A DNA stretch of 63,846 nucleotides, the filler included, from Octopus bimaculoides (lineage: Eukaryota): assembly GCF_001194135.2 (NCBI RefSeq). It is 8 parts of 7 records of this genome, joined end to end, with 100 filler letters (N's around TTAATTAATTAA, not from the genome) between each part and the next. Parts side by side here need not be neighbours in the genome. Positions count along the whole stretch, not along the records: positions 38,695 to 50,196 come from NC_068992.1; positions 50,297 to 56,399 come from NC_069000.1; positions 56,500 to 60,678 come from NC_069008.1; 5 more parts are not named here. The stretch is one strand, 5' to 3'. Below are positions 41,391 through 57,361 of the stretch, piece after piece; within the stretch, counting starts at the first letter, position 1, and each line of letters opens with the position of its first letter. The notes under the pieces were generated by a model, which was not told the origin of the DNA, did not search any database, and saw only the letters and a list, made by a program, of their open reading frames with translations. The position numbers and the translations under genes were made by a program.

Positions 41391-42454
41391 ACTCAATTAC
41401 TCATTCTCGCACCTTTGGAAGACGGTGCATTTCAATGTATATTGGTATGTCCCAGACATTTCACTTGGGTATAAAATATGTGCATGAATGCAATCCGAAA
41501 TGTTGGAGATGCGTTTTTGATATCTCAGGGAATAAAGGCTTGTGCATAAATTGGAGATTGTTGACAAACAACTGTGAAGTGCATATATACAAATTTCATC
41601 TTTGTATGTTTTTACGGGTAATAACTCTGTTTATAATAGGTTTATTCTGTTGAGAAAATTGCAGGTCCCATAATCGGCAGACGATGAATATCTTTGATAC
41701 GAGAAATATAATTGTTTGTTACTCAATATTACTAGTATATATTCTCTGATTAATTTTGTAAAAGATATATCTAATACAAGCAATTTTAGCTACAACGTAC
41801 AATTAAGTAAATATGAGAACAATTTTTACTTAATATTAAATTTTTATTGAAATTAGCATTTTATCTTTTAGTCTTGTGTTTTTTGTAACTCTTAATATAG
41901 TTTTTAAAATGAGTAGAGTAGACACTAAAATTTCAGGGAATAAACCATTCATAGATGAATAATTGTCCATTTAAAATGTTGAAAGTAGAGTAATTAGTAC
42001 AGTGGAAACCAGTAACTTGAAATAATATAACTTTAATTTGTGCAATACTACAGAAATTCTATTAAACTTACGACAAGCACAGCTTGTATTATTTTAGTTC
42101 AGTACCAACTACAGCCTTAATAATATTGAATTTAGTCATGTCAGTACCTCCGAATATAAAGTGGTTCGATTTATCAATAACGGCGGAAACAAATAGATTA
42201 AGAAACAGCCAACTCTTGAGAATCCTACATCAAATTAGACATTAGCAACGCAATAATCTGCACAATGCTGTTTAGCGAATGTCAGTGCTTCCCACTACAA
42301 CGTATGAATTCTAAACGCAATGCTTAGATGTTCATAAAACAAGTGATTTCTCAATGAGAAGTGAATCGTTTACTATGAGCAAAATTCTGCATTTAAAGGC
42401 ATCCTGAGCTTCGTTGTACCCAGTGACGCTAGTAAACTCGAAGAAACGTTCCTT

Positions 42455-43750
42455 AATATTTTGTAAGTAATTATTATTGCTGTTGTTGTTGTTATTTGAT
42501 AAAAATCTCTCAGCATATTTTGCAATGTATGAAAGAAAGTGTCAGCGGTCCACAACCAGAAAACTAAAATGACACTTGTTTACTGGTCATGCTTCGAGAA
42601 CCCTGTGTAGAATCCTTGCTGCTGCACACAATGCTGATTCTTTGTAGGTGTTCTGCCTTTACATTAGTATAAATCTTCTTGAGCTATGTTGGTAGTTGTG
42701 TGCTAATACTTCCAAGTGCGCCAATTATTATTGGTATTATGTCTACTCTCTTCATCAACCACAACCTTCTTATTTCCCACTTCAAATCGTCGTAGTTGTT
42801 CAGTTTTTCTTCTTTCCCTTTGATCCTCTTGTCGTCGGGACTTGCTATGTCAATTATGATGCAAGACTTTCTGTTTTTTATTCACTACAATAATGTCCGG
42901 TTTTCGATGTTTGGTCACGATTTTGCAGTCTTAAATCTCGGTGACTCCTGAGGTTTTGCAGTCTACATTCTCGGTGACTTCTCTTGTGGTTTGCTCACAC
43001 CACGCTTTTGCTCTTTGTAGGCTGTGATTTCCACAGAGCTTCCAATGGATCATTGTTGCTATGTTGTCATGTCATCTTTTGTCTTCGCATTGTGCCAAAT
43101 TTCGGGCATTCACAAACGATGTGTTATACCGTTTCACTCCTCTCATTACACATTCCGCATTTGTCGCAGTCGTTAGTGTTGTCGGTTCTACATTTCACAT
43201 AGTTAGTTCTTAAAGCTTGTTCTTGTACTGAGCATATAAGTGCTTCTGTCTCTATCTTCAGGTCACTATTCCTCATCCATAGACCCCGGACTTCTATATT
43301 TGTCTTGACGTTTGTATCTCTTGCAAACTGATCGCGCACTTTGCTCTCCTTCCATGCTGTTTATTTTTCTTGTGCTCTTTTCCTCTTTAATTTTTTCCTC
43401 CTTTACTCAGATATCAGTTTTAATGATGCTGGACATCATCACGTTTCAACAATGGTTCCACGGCACTTTTTACATACCACCATAAGCTGCTTTCCTTTGA
43501 TTTAATACATTCCTTATAAATGATCAAACCTTTCCTACCCTTTCTTCTCGACAAGTACGGCCTTTCGGTGTCACTCTTAGTGTGGAAGGTACTGTTAACT
43601 TTCAATATGTTTTTTCTCTTAGTATCCACATACATCGGTTCTTTCTTTTGCCAGTTTATAATTCCAGCTCCATACCGAAGTGGTGTAATCGGCCATGCAT
43701 CAAGTGCTTAGATTTTATACCATGCGGTAAAATTTCATCGCAACACCTAC
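42455..43750 (-). mobile_element. Decayed R4/Dong-like LINE 3' half (post-RT region, CCHC knuckle, RLE)
   Basis: Minus-strand peptides LRYGAGIINWQKEE..DTKRK, FHTKSDTERPYLSRRKGRKGL and WMRNSDLKIETEALICSVQEQALRTNYVK..CGMCNERSETV. Confidence 0.88.
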
Positions 43751-43791
43751 TATCATTATTGTTGTTGATATTATTATTATTATTATTATTT

Positions 43792-43830
<39 letters not shown>

Positions 43831-43835
43831 AAAAC

Positions 43836-43897
<62 letters not shown>

Positions 43898-43914
43898 TCT
43901 TTATCCTTTTCTCT

Positions 43915-43949
<35 letters not shown>

Positions 43950-43953
<4 letters not shown>

Positions 43954-44335
43954 CGGTTCGTGTAGTAAGAACCCTGCTTCCAAACCACGTGGTTCCGGGT
44001 ACGTTCTTTTTGCGTGAAATGTTGGCAATTGCCTTCTACTATAGCCTCGAGCCGACCAAAGTCTTTTCTGTGTGAGTGTATGTGTGTGCGTGTGAGTGTG
44101 TGTGTGTGTGTGTTTTGTCTGTATCTTTGTGTCTGTGTTTGTTCTTCGTCACTGCTTGATAACCGGTGCTTGTGTGTTTATGCCCCTATAACTTAGCAGC
44201 TCGGCATAAGTGACCGATTAAATAAATTCCTGCATTAGAATAAGAATAAATCCTAGCGTCTGTTTTTTTCGACCACAACACTTCAAGGCTGTGCCCCAGC
44301 ATGGTCACAGTCAAATGACTGTAAAAGGTAAAAGA
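43950..44335 (+). mobile_element. SINE family B copy
   Basis: gtaagaaccctgcttccaaaccacgtggttccggg...ctatagcctcgagccgaccaaag...ccccagcatggtcacagtcaaatgac. Confidence 0.8.
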
Positions 44336-44909
44336 TACATGTCTTTCTGACAGAAAATTAGAAAGGACTATACAGAACAGGAGGAGAAACGTGGGACAGA
44401 GAGTCGCTGAACAAGTCACAAAACATATGCCGAAAGATTTAACACTACGAACACTAAAGTAAGTACTATAATAAAGCTGAAGTGAAGAAAAGAGTAGAAA
44501 AAAATAATAAGATCTTGTGACAAAAGTGCAGGAAAGGCGGATGACAAAGTAAATAGTGAATGTGATCTGTAAGCACACTACTAGGGACATACTTAAAACA
44601 AAGTTTGGTTGCTACATTCTAAATTTTGCTATCTAAACTTTATTTTTAAATCTAACTTTATATGTGTGGTGGGTGCATGTGTCTGCGTTTATATTTCTAT
44701 TCAGGTTCAATAAAAACATAAAAACAATGTTACGTTAAACTGATGGATTATTCTATACTTTGTAGGTTATAAATTTATTATTCTTGAATAAGAATATTAT
44801 TATAATATTGGTAACTACGAAGTTGCGCCCAGTTAAGAATCGTCGGACCGCCGACGATGGCTCAGGTGTCCAAAACTTCGAAGTCACAGTCAACAACATT
44901 TTTGCTAGA

Positions 44910-44954
<45 letters not shown>

Positions 44955-44989
44955 TAATAATAATAATAATAATGATAATAATAATAATG

Positions 44990-45108
<119 letters not shown>

Positions 45109-45621
45109 AAGAAGAAGAAGAAGAAGAAAAAGAAGAAATGATATATATGCATACATACATACATACATACATACATACGTACATATATAGATATATAAAA
45201 TATTCAGCATATTGCCTAGTTATGATTGAGTTTGTAAACATTCTCTGAGGCATCATTATATAGAGCGTCCGGTTTAAAAGTTATACTTCTCTCTGCAAAT
45301 TCGGTGCTTAAAATGACAAATATCATTGCCACTTATGTTTTATCTGCAGAAGACTTGTTAGACTCTTTTTAAAACTGACTGAGTTACCAGCAACTATAGA
45401 AACTTTATTATTTCTTATTAACGGCAATATAAATATTCAGTAACAGCATAGCAAGAACATGTGATGCTTCAGTGTTCTTAATTGTATGTTTCATACTAAA
45501 TATAATGATTTTACGTATATAACGTATACCACTTGAATTCTGCAACTTGTGTGTCAAGTAGATGCCTCAGGAACATTTTAAATATATATATTGGTTAGCA
45601 AGACACTCACACACGCACACA

Positions 45622-45675
<54 letters not shown>

Positions 45676-46060
45676 AACACACACGTGCAGCTTGAAATGA
45701 TATAATATCTATTTCACAATGACTATTGACTTCTTTAACATTACTTGTAAATGTTGTATTTTTTAATGAATTGAGTGAAATTCTGCACTTTCGTGAAAGG
45801 GGTAAATAAGAAAATTCCATTACTCGTTCAAAAATACTCCTATGGCAAATTTTTCAAGTAGGTTGTAGAAGTAGCTGATTTGCAGAATGTTTTAAAAGCA
45901 TTTTCACCTCGAGAAATTTTATGACGCCGAGATAGGATACTGCATTGGCAAGTCTCCTTTTCAGATTTCCTCATTTTCATTCGATGTCTTTTCGTATCCA
46001 ATCTACTAGTGACAACATATCTTTCGACAACGATTCAGAAAAGTTAACATTTGAGAATAG

Positions 46061-46126
<66 letters not shown>

Positions 46127-48044
46127 GTTTAGTAATCTTATTCTTATTGCGTGGTCTCATTACACAGCCGCGAGCAACTCTTTGTATCNNNNNNNNNNNN
46201 NNNNNNNNNNNNNNNNNNNNNNNNNNNNNNNNNNNNNNNNNNNNNNNNNNNNNNNNNNNNNNNNNNNNNNNNNNNNNNNNNNNNNNNNNNNNNNNNNNNN
46301 NNNNNNNNNNNNNNNNNNNNNNNNNNNNNNNNNNNNNNNNNNNNNNNNNNNNNNNNNNNNNNNNNNNNNNNNNNNNNNNNNNNNNNNNNNNNNNNNNNNN
46401 NNNNNNNNNNNNNNNNNNNNNNNNNNNNNNNNNNNNNNNNNNNNNNNNNNNNNNNNNNNNNNNNNNNNNNNNNNNNNNNNNNNNNNNNNNNNNNNNNNNN
46501 NNNNNNNNNNNNNNNNNNNNNNNNNNNNNNNNNNNNNNNNNNNNNNNNNNNNNNNNNNNNNNNNNNNNNNNNNNNNNNNNNNNNNNNNNNNNNNNNNNNN
46601 NNNNNNNNNNNNNNNNNNNNNNNNNNNNNNNNNNNNNNNNNNNNNNNNNNNNNNNNNNNNNNNNNNNNNNNNNNNNNNNNNNNNNNNNNNNNNNNNNNNN
46701 NNNNNNNNNNNNNNNNNNNNNNNNNNNNNNNNNNNNNNNNNNNNNNNNNNNNNNNNNNNNNNNNNNNNNNNNNNNNNNNNNNNNNNNNNNNNNNNNNNNN
46801 NNNNNNNNNNNNNNNNNNNNNNNNNNNNNNNNNNNNNNNNNNNNNNNNNNNNNNNNNNNNNNNNNNNNNNNNNNNNNNNNNNNNNNNNNNNNNNNNNNNN
46901 NNNNNNNNNNNNNNNNNNNNNNNNNNNNNNNNNNNNNNNNNNNNNNNNNNNNNNNNNNNNNNNNNNNNNNNNNNNNNNNNNNNNNNNNNNNNNNNNNNNN
47001 NNNNNNNNNNNNNNNNNNNNNNNNNNNNNNNNNNNNNNNNNNNNNNNNNNNNNNNNNNNNNNNNNNNNNNNNNNNNNNNNNNNNNNNNNNNNNNNNNNNN
47101 NNNNNNNNNNNNNNNNNNNNNNNNNNNNNNNNNNNNNNNNNNNNNNNNNNNNNNNNNNNNNNNTATATATATATACATATATATATTATTTGATTGAACG
47201 CCATGCATCCATTTCCAAGTGAGCTTATCTTAATCTTTTTGATGCAAATCTACCCTATATTATTCTCGCGCTCTATCTTTTTATCTCATCCTTTCTCTAG
47301 ATCCTTTTTCCCCGCTTCAATTTTCTATCTGTCTCTCTCCCGCTCTTTCTCCTTTACTCTCTCTCTCTCTCTCTCTCTCATTGCTCACATGTGACCATCG
47401 TCCATCTTTCTTTTCCTTGCATGATCATCTTTCTTTTCTTTCAGGGCTGTTCTAGAGGCTGGACGTATCGTATCTATCTCTCTCTTCTATCTTTTCCCTT
47501 TACAAAGAAAATATTTCTCCAGCGTTTGCTATTTCCCACTCGTTCTGGTCTAACGACACTCCATGTTTATTTTCGTTCGGTTTCCTTGTATGTCTCTACT
47601 GTCCTGTTTTTGTTCCCCACTTTGACCCTCCATAAATCCTAAATTTTATTTTGGTATTTGTGGGAGCAACTGCCTTCGAAGACTAATATTGTCATTCAAT
47701 GCTCGAAATGAGTAGTAGTTAGACAGCCGACAACTGATGAAGGGTCGCTCTTTATGTTACTTGTCCTATTTTCAATTTGTTTCTCTCGCTGTTTGCGTAT
47801 TCAACTCATTTGTTTACGTATGTCATGGTGTTTACTGTTTGTGAAGTCCTGTACCCATATATGCATATATATATATATATATATACATACATATATATAT
47901 ATACATATATATATATGTATGTATATATGTATTTATATGTATATGTATATACATATATGCATATATATGTTATCTATATTACTATTTGATTGAACGCCAT
48001 GCACCTAGTTCCAAGTCTGTATATATATATATATATATATAATT

Positions 48045-49410
48045 TCTAATAACGAGACTTTCGTCTCGTGCTGTGGGTTAAAACACTTCTCTTTCTACTC
48101 TGCTTCTCAGCAAATATTGGGATTTCCTTTGTCTACTTCTATTTTGGTCAGCTTATTCTACTATATGCCATGTAAGAGTTTTATTTCTTGTCATCGTTTA
48201 ACCATCGTCTTCTGTAGTTCCAGTTTTAGTTTAAATTTTATCTTTGCTTTTTCTTAGTTTTCTTCATATCTGTCAGTTATTGTGATCCCTGTATGTACCC
48301 TCTGGCCTGTTAGAAGAAAGAAAACAATTTTTTTCGTACTCATATTTTGTAGTAATTTACATTAGTTTTCCTTCATTCTGAATTTTAAAGAAATGTGCTC
48401 TGATGTTAGACATTTTATAGTTGTTTTGTCGCTCTTAACGCCTTTGGATAGTGTCTTCCAAATGCAGTCAATATTCATTTTCCTTGTTTTCCTGTTTAGT
48501 GATGCTGGTGCATTTAGTGTGTAGTTGATAATATTATGAGCATAACTCGTAATTAGGTCAACTAGAGTACTAATGAGCTAATACATCTATAATATTTCTT
48601 CGGCTTTTCCTTCATTTGTGCTTGTTGCTTTCTAGTTCATTTCTACATAAATATTTGTATATCTGAGATATTAGTTCACATTTTTTTTTTACTACATATG
48701 ATGTTGCCGCCATAAATAATTTTCCCCACTAGAAGTTTGCTTAGGCACATTTTTTTCAATTCGGATATTGATTGTTTTGATAAATTCGTGCATTGTTTGT
48801 AGTTGTATTTCTGTTTGTTTATCTTTTCCAGGTTACAAGTTGGCAACATCCATATATAGGAGATCATTGTTTTACCATCACAACTGTAAGCGCACATCCA
48901 GTGATGTCTGGCGTGTTGGCTAGCATGCCAGACGGAAACAGAGTGGAGATATTGAAGTCTCCTAAGAAAATATATCTTGTAATAGTACTGGGTTTAAATT
49001 TCATTATCTTTTCTTTAGTCTGTAGCTGCAGAACGGTTTGCGATGTATTTGTGCTATGTATTGTGTATCCTGTTATTGCTGGTGTTGCTGCACACCTGTA
49101 TGAATGTGTAGGGAATATTATCAAAAGCCTCTCGAGAGTCATGCTATGCTCACACTCTTCTTTTTATCTGAGAAGCATTCATAACCGAAAGCTTCTGAAG
49201 AAATTGATATTTACAGCTGTATCAGCTTTTGAATAATCTCTTCTGTACCCCTGGAAGAATTTTCTTTCAGACGCTTGTGTTTTCTCAGCAATCTTATTAT
49301 AATTAAGGTTTTGCTTGTAGTGGGGAGATATGTTATCATTGTAGTTTCTGTAGATTTTACGATTGCTTCTTTCTGTAAGCCATTTTAATCCTCCATTAGT
49401 AGCTCTAGCT
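48045..49410 (-). mobile_element. Decayed R4/Dong-like LINE RT region
   Basis: Frameshifted RYIFLGD-SISPL, LLYMD(V) (YxDD motif) and LQTMHEFIKTINI on the minus strand. Fragments at 47187-47270 and 46062-46188 ((TAA)n tail) may belong to the same element across the N gap. Confidence 0.75.
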
Positions 49411-49554
49411 TCTTCTTCTTCTTCTTCTTCTTCTTCTTCTTCTTCTTCTTCTTCTTCTTCTTCTTCTTCTTCTTCTTCTTCTTCTTCCACTCCTTCCTCT
49501 TCTTCTTCGTCTTCTTCTTCTTCCTCTTCCTCTTCTTCTTTTTCTTCTTCCCCT

Positions 49555-50070
49555 TTATTATTATTATTGAGTGACAGAGCAGTGCATGCCATCAACTTGA
49601 CACTGGGGTAAGATATACGAAGCCCAGTATACCCATCATGTCTTGTCTGATAAGGGTACACCAGCTACATGCATCACAACCATATGTGAGCGACATATTG
49701 ATCTCATATCAAAATTAACAGCACATGACCTTGAATGTGGAGCCCAGTTAGAATTTTCTTCAGTTCAATTGGCGCATCCCACTCAAAAGCTCTCTGAATA
49801 AGGGTTGTTGAGGATGTTGAACGAGATACACACGTTTCCAAAGGTGAATTATCCAAATCCCAAAGAATTCCCTTCAACACATGGCTAGCTATGATGCTCC
49901 CCCACTACTTCTGCTCGTGATCAGAGATGGACATGTCGTCCGCCTCCTGGCTCAACTGGATGAGGTCAAACAACCGACAAGCAATTCTGTGGTATTGAGC
50001 AGAATATTTGCTGTAGCCCATCTTTTATACCAAGACAAAACCATGTACATGATAACAAGACAAAATAATG
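49555..50070 (-). repeat. Probable retroelement 3' portion ending in (TAA)n, unclassified
   Basis: GC-richer non-coding block with a ttattattattg tail at 49555-70. Only one copy is in the window, so the repeat status is inferred. Confidence 0.4.
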
Positions 50071-50083
50071 TACATATATAATG

Positions 50084-50155
<72 letters not shown>

Positions 50156-50196
50156 TACAAAAAATAGCTGATAAAGGGTTGGACTATATCCGAGTA

Positions 50197-50296
50197 NNNN
50201 NNNNNNNNNNNNNNNNNNNNNNNNNNNNNNNNNNNNNNNNTTAATTAATTAANNNNNNNNNNNNNNNNNNNNNNNNNNNNNNNNNNNNNNNNNNNN
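50197..50296. other. Artificial 100-bp scaffold spacer
   Basis: 44 N + TTAATTAATTAA + 44 N. Confidence 0.97.
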
Positions 50297-50497
50297 ATTT
50301 TTTTATTAAAAAGAAACATTCTGGATGATGTCCTTCCTAAACAGATTATCTTTAAAAAAATTTAAAAAACCGAATGGTCACAGTTGGAACGCCTTTGCTT
50401 GATCAAGTTGACTTGGGAATAGCAACGGAAGTGTGCTCCCAAAACTTTGTTTCCTCATAACTGCTTTACAAATTTGTATTTTTTTTTAAAGAAATTT

Positions 50498-50915
50498 TGC
50501 ACGACGTGGTTGTGCCGTAAGAAGCCTGCTTCCCAACTCCATGGTTCCAGGTTCAGTCCTACTGCGTGGCACCTTGGGCAAGTGTCTTCTACTATAGCCT
50601 CAGGCTGACCGAAGCCTTGTGAGCGGATTTGGTTGACGGAAACTGAAAGAAGCCCGTTGTGTGTATGTATATCTATATGTGTGTATGTATATCTATGTGT
50701 GTGTGTGTGTATGTGTGTGTTTACGTTAGTGTTTGTCCGCTTGACAGCCTGTGTTGGTTTGTTTATGCCCCCCATAACTTAGCGGTTCGACAAAGTATTC
50801 GATAGGCTTTAAAAAATAAGTACTGGGGTCGATTCGTTCGTCTAAAATAACTCTTCAAGGCGGTGCCCCAGCATGGCCGCAGTCTAATGACAGAAACAGG
50901 TGAAAGACAAAAGAT
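50498..50915 (+). mobile_element. Full-length SINE family B
   Basis: Head through ggcggtgccccagcatggccgcagtctaatgacagaaac. Confidence 0.9.
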
Positions 50916-51177
50916 ACGTTTTCTGATAAAACTTTCCGCATTAAACTTTTTTATTTTTTTGAAGCAGTTTCCCATCATTTTTCTCGCCCCACAACACACA
51001 CAAGCTTTATTACGTTTCTTATAAAATCCTTTTCTGAATGATATTTTTGCAGAAATAACGTTTTCGAGAAAGTAGATTGAATAGTGTGGATGTCGCAAAC
51101 ATAGAAATCTTGAAGAAAAAGTAAAAACTGATAAAATTACGGAAATATTAGTCTGTTTCTCTCTTTCTCTCTCCCCC

Positions 51178-51245
<68 letters not shown>

Positions 51246-51331
51246 GTCTATCTGTCTGTCTGTCTATCTATTTATCTGTGTACCTGTCTGTTTATCTATG
51301 TCTCTCTGTCTGTCTGTCTCTNNNNNNNNNN

Positions 51332-51374
<43 letters not shown>

Positions 51375-52016
51375 GTAGCTGTCTGTTTATCTATGTCTCT
51401 CTGTCTCTCTCTCTGTCTCTCTCTCTCTGTCTCTCTCTCTCTCTCTCTCTATCTGTGTAGCTGTCTGTTTATCTATGTCTGTCTGTCTCTTTCTCTTTCT
51501 CTCTGTCGTCTATCTGTCTGTCTGCGTAGTAGACATGGGGGTCGATGGCAAAATTATTATTTCTCCGTCGATTGCAGAATAATTAACAGACTTAACAGAT
51601 TTTCGGATCTTATTGCCGTCTCATCAGAAGTATCTACATCATTTGACCAATCCCAGGGAAACAAGCAACCAGTTTGTTTATGATATACTCAATAAATCCA
51701 GGAGGAAAGGGATTGCATGTGACCCTTATACAGGGCCTCCGGGAATAGTCAGAAGGGATGGAGCGAGACAGGAAGGTATCCACAAACTGGGGGACTGATC
51801 TAAATTCTTGTAACAAGATTGGATTTCTAAATGTACCGGGGGCACGAGGTGACTGGCGTCAAGCCGGGCAACCGGTTATGTCAACCGTCCAAGTCGTACA
51901 CTGCAGGACAGAACTGAGAACCCAAGCAGCACCCGGTTCGTTTCGATGTTCTTATACGTTCCGTTTGTTCACCATCTCAGGTACGTTTTTTATTGATCCC
52001 AAAAGGATGAAAGGCA

Positions 52017-52049
<33 letters not shown>

Positions 52050-52554
52050 NNNNNNNNNNNNNNNNNNNNNNNNNNNNNNNNNNNNNNNNNNNNNNNNNNN
52101 NNNNNNNNNNNNNNNNNNNNNNNNNNNNNNNNNNNNNNNNNNNNNNNNNNNNNNNNNNNNNNNNNNNNNNNNNNNNNNNNNNNNNNNNNNNNNNNNNNNN
52201 NNNNNNNNNNNNNNNNNNNNNNNNNNNNNNNNNNNNNNNNNNNNNNNNNNNNNNNNNNNNNNNNNNNNNNNNNNNNNNNNNNNNNNNNNNNNNNNNNNNN
52301 NNNNNNNNNNNNNNNNNNNNNNNNNNNNNNNNNNNNNNNNNNNNNNNNNNNNNNNNNNNNNNNNNNNNNNNNNNNNNNNNNNNNNNNNNNNNNNNNNNNN
52401 NNNNNNNNNNNNNNNNNNNNNNNNNNNNNNNNNNNNNNNAACAAACAGATTAATCTTCAGAACATTTCATGGCAGGTTAGAGTACCAACTCTGCTACAAG
52501 TAGTAAATTGTCTCATTCTATATAATATATTTATAAAAAGAATAGTGACATTTA

Positions 52555-52589
52555 CTTCGAGGTTTCAGCCTGCTGGCTTTCGTCGAACT
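52555..52589 (-). ncRNA. More degenerate hammerhead-like motif
   Basis: Minus strand TTC-GACGA-A-AGCC(AGCA)GGCT-GAAAC-CTC-GAAG. Confidence 0.3.
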
Positions 52590-52714
52590 GTCAAAGTCAC
52601 TCCCTTCTCTTGTAAAAATATAACTGATATGTGTACCCGACAAAAAAATATTGATATTTCTTCAGTTTGATGTAAAATTGTTTTCGTTATAATTCGACAT
52701 AAAGACAAACATTA

Positions 52715-52760
<46 letters not shown>

Positions 52761-53177
52761 GTGTGTGTGTGTGTGTTTGTTGGTTTGTCTGTTAGAGGTT
52801 TTTGAGTACGTATACTGAAATTAGTTTCTGCCCCAGATGCGTGCAAAAATAACATACCATTTTACGTGGAACCTACCCTACACACTAAAAACAACAACAA
52901 CCACTACATCCTCCTCAACAACTACAACAACAACAGCAGCAGACACCACTCGAACTTACCCTATTTTCCATATAATAATCATTTGTAAGGGTTTCTTCAT
53001 TTTATTGTCAGTAACAGCCAAAACGAAAACAGAAAAACGTTTCTTTTATGTAAATTACAAAGCGTAACTGATTTTAATTAGAGTTTGGAAGAATTCTGCA
53101 AAATTTGGCACAGTTTCGGCAAAACACGTTCTTCCATTGTTTTTATTTTATTCTTACTTTTTTTTTCGCTGGGATTT

Positions 53178-55855
<2,678 letters not shown>

Positions 55856-56223
55856 CTATACGCACGCATTTAGTATGTATTTGAACTAATGCACATATTT
55901 CTTCATAAATAATATTTGTATATATATCTTATATACGCTATGTATATATATGCACATGTATATATGCATATATACACACACGTACGTACGCACGCACGCA
56001 TAGTTGTAATAGCATGAAATTTGAAGTCACCATTTATCTTGTTCTCTGTCGCTGGTGCAGTCACCCGTTATTGTTTCAGGGTGCGCCATCCCCACACCCG
56101 CCAATATACTGCTTACACACACCGTTCACCCTTAATTTCTTCTGTAACATCCAGCTACGTAACCATAATCGTTCTATAAACATGTCACCACCTTCACCAC
56201 CACCACCACCGCATTGCCAAGGT

Positions 56224-56266
<43 letters not shown>

Positions 56267-56399
56267 TTTTTTTCCCCCCTGATATCGTTTTACCTCACTA
56301 TCTACCTTACCCTTCAATTCTTGCTGTAAATGTTTTTATATGAATGAATATATATAAATTTGATATGGAGATGCATATATATATATATATATATATATA

Positions 56400-56499
56400 N
56401 NNNNNNNNNNNNNNNNNNNNNNNNNNNNNNNNNNNNNNNNNNNTTAATTAATTAANNNNNNNNNNNNNNNNNNNNNNNNNNNNNNNNNNNNNNNNNNNN
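56400..56499. other. Artificial 100-bp scaffold spacer
   Basis: 44 N + TTAATTAATTAA + 44 N. Confidence 0.97.
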
Positions 56500-56539
<40 letters not shown>

Positions 56540-56540
<1 letters not shown>

Positions 56541-56570
56541 TAGCAGGAATACCCGGCGTTGCCCAGGACT
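56540..56570 (-). mobile_element. Helitron-type 3' terminus
   Basis: Minus strand CCTGGGCAACGCCGGG (GC-rich hairpin), then TATTCCTG, CTAG and a flanking T. The 5' end was not identified. Confidence 0.65.
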
Positions 56571-57164
56571 GTTTGTTAAGTAAGCCTGTTTGGTCATTAG
56601 ACCATTCACGGATACACCTCTGAATTGAATGAAAGAAATCATAATGGTAGATGTTCCCTGCGTTGCTTGATTTATTTGGCGCAATAGTGAACATGCAGAG
56701 TCATACGCCCACAGAATTATCATCGTTTTCCATTGGGACAATAGGTCGATCTGTAAAAAAAACCGGCAGTATTTGAGTTTATTTTCCTTACCACATAACT
56801 GCTGACATGTGCTGTTTAGCAGATGGAAAGGTTGAGCCTAAAGATATAACATAAAGAGAAATAGTATGTTTGCCTGCTGTTTCGCTGGGTTGCACATACA
56901 ACATTATCTGAACAAAGCATTTGATGAGTGGCCTGTGCAGAAAGGATGAAAAGTGTAGTATCTGTTGCCTACCTTACAATTGGGGGCACTTAACGGAGAG
57001 CATACTGTGAAGATTACGCAAATGAAATAAATAAGGTAGCAAGGGTATGGTTACCTGATGTTTTTCCTGTTTGCCGCATAGAGCAACATCCGTTGTTGTC
57101 TTTCCCCCCGTAGTCTCCATAGTGCATGCAGCAGCAGTTGCTACAGTATCTCTTGTAAGTCGAA

Positions 57165-57270
57165 CTGCCTTCGGGGTTAATAAAATAAGTACCAGTTACA
57201 CACTGGGGTTGATGTAATTGTTTTACCTCCTCCCTCAAAACGGCTGGCCTTAATACCAAAATTTGAAATC
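57165..57270 (+). mobile_element. SINE family A 3' fragment
   Basis: ccttcggggttaataaaataagtaccagttacacactggggttgatgtaat. Confidence 0.7.
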
Positions 57271-57313
57271 ATTATTTTTTTTTCACTTAATTTCCTTTTT
57301 ATTTTATCTTCCA

Positions 57314-57314
<1 letters not shown>

Positions 57315-57361
<47 letters not shown>

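Noticed and set aside
44766-44915. Short open frame after a good acceptor (VINLLF...NNIFARE*)
   Set aside because: No recognisable homology and no partner exon.
51613-51960. INPGGKG (CERK exon-4-like) and KIGFLNV (APE-like) strings
   Set aside because: The INPGGKG frame has stops close on both sides and no fitting splice sites. More likely a decayed repeat; not classifiable.
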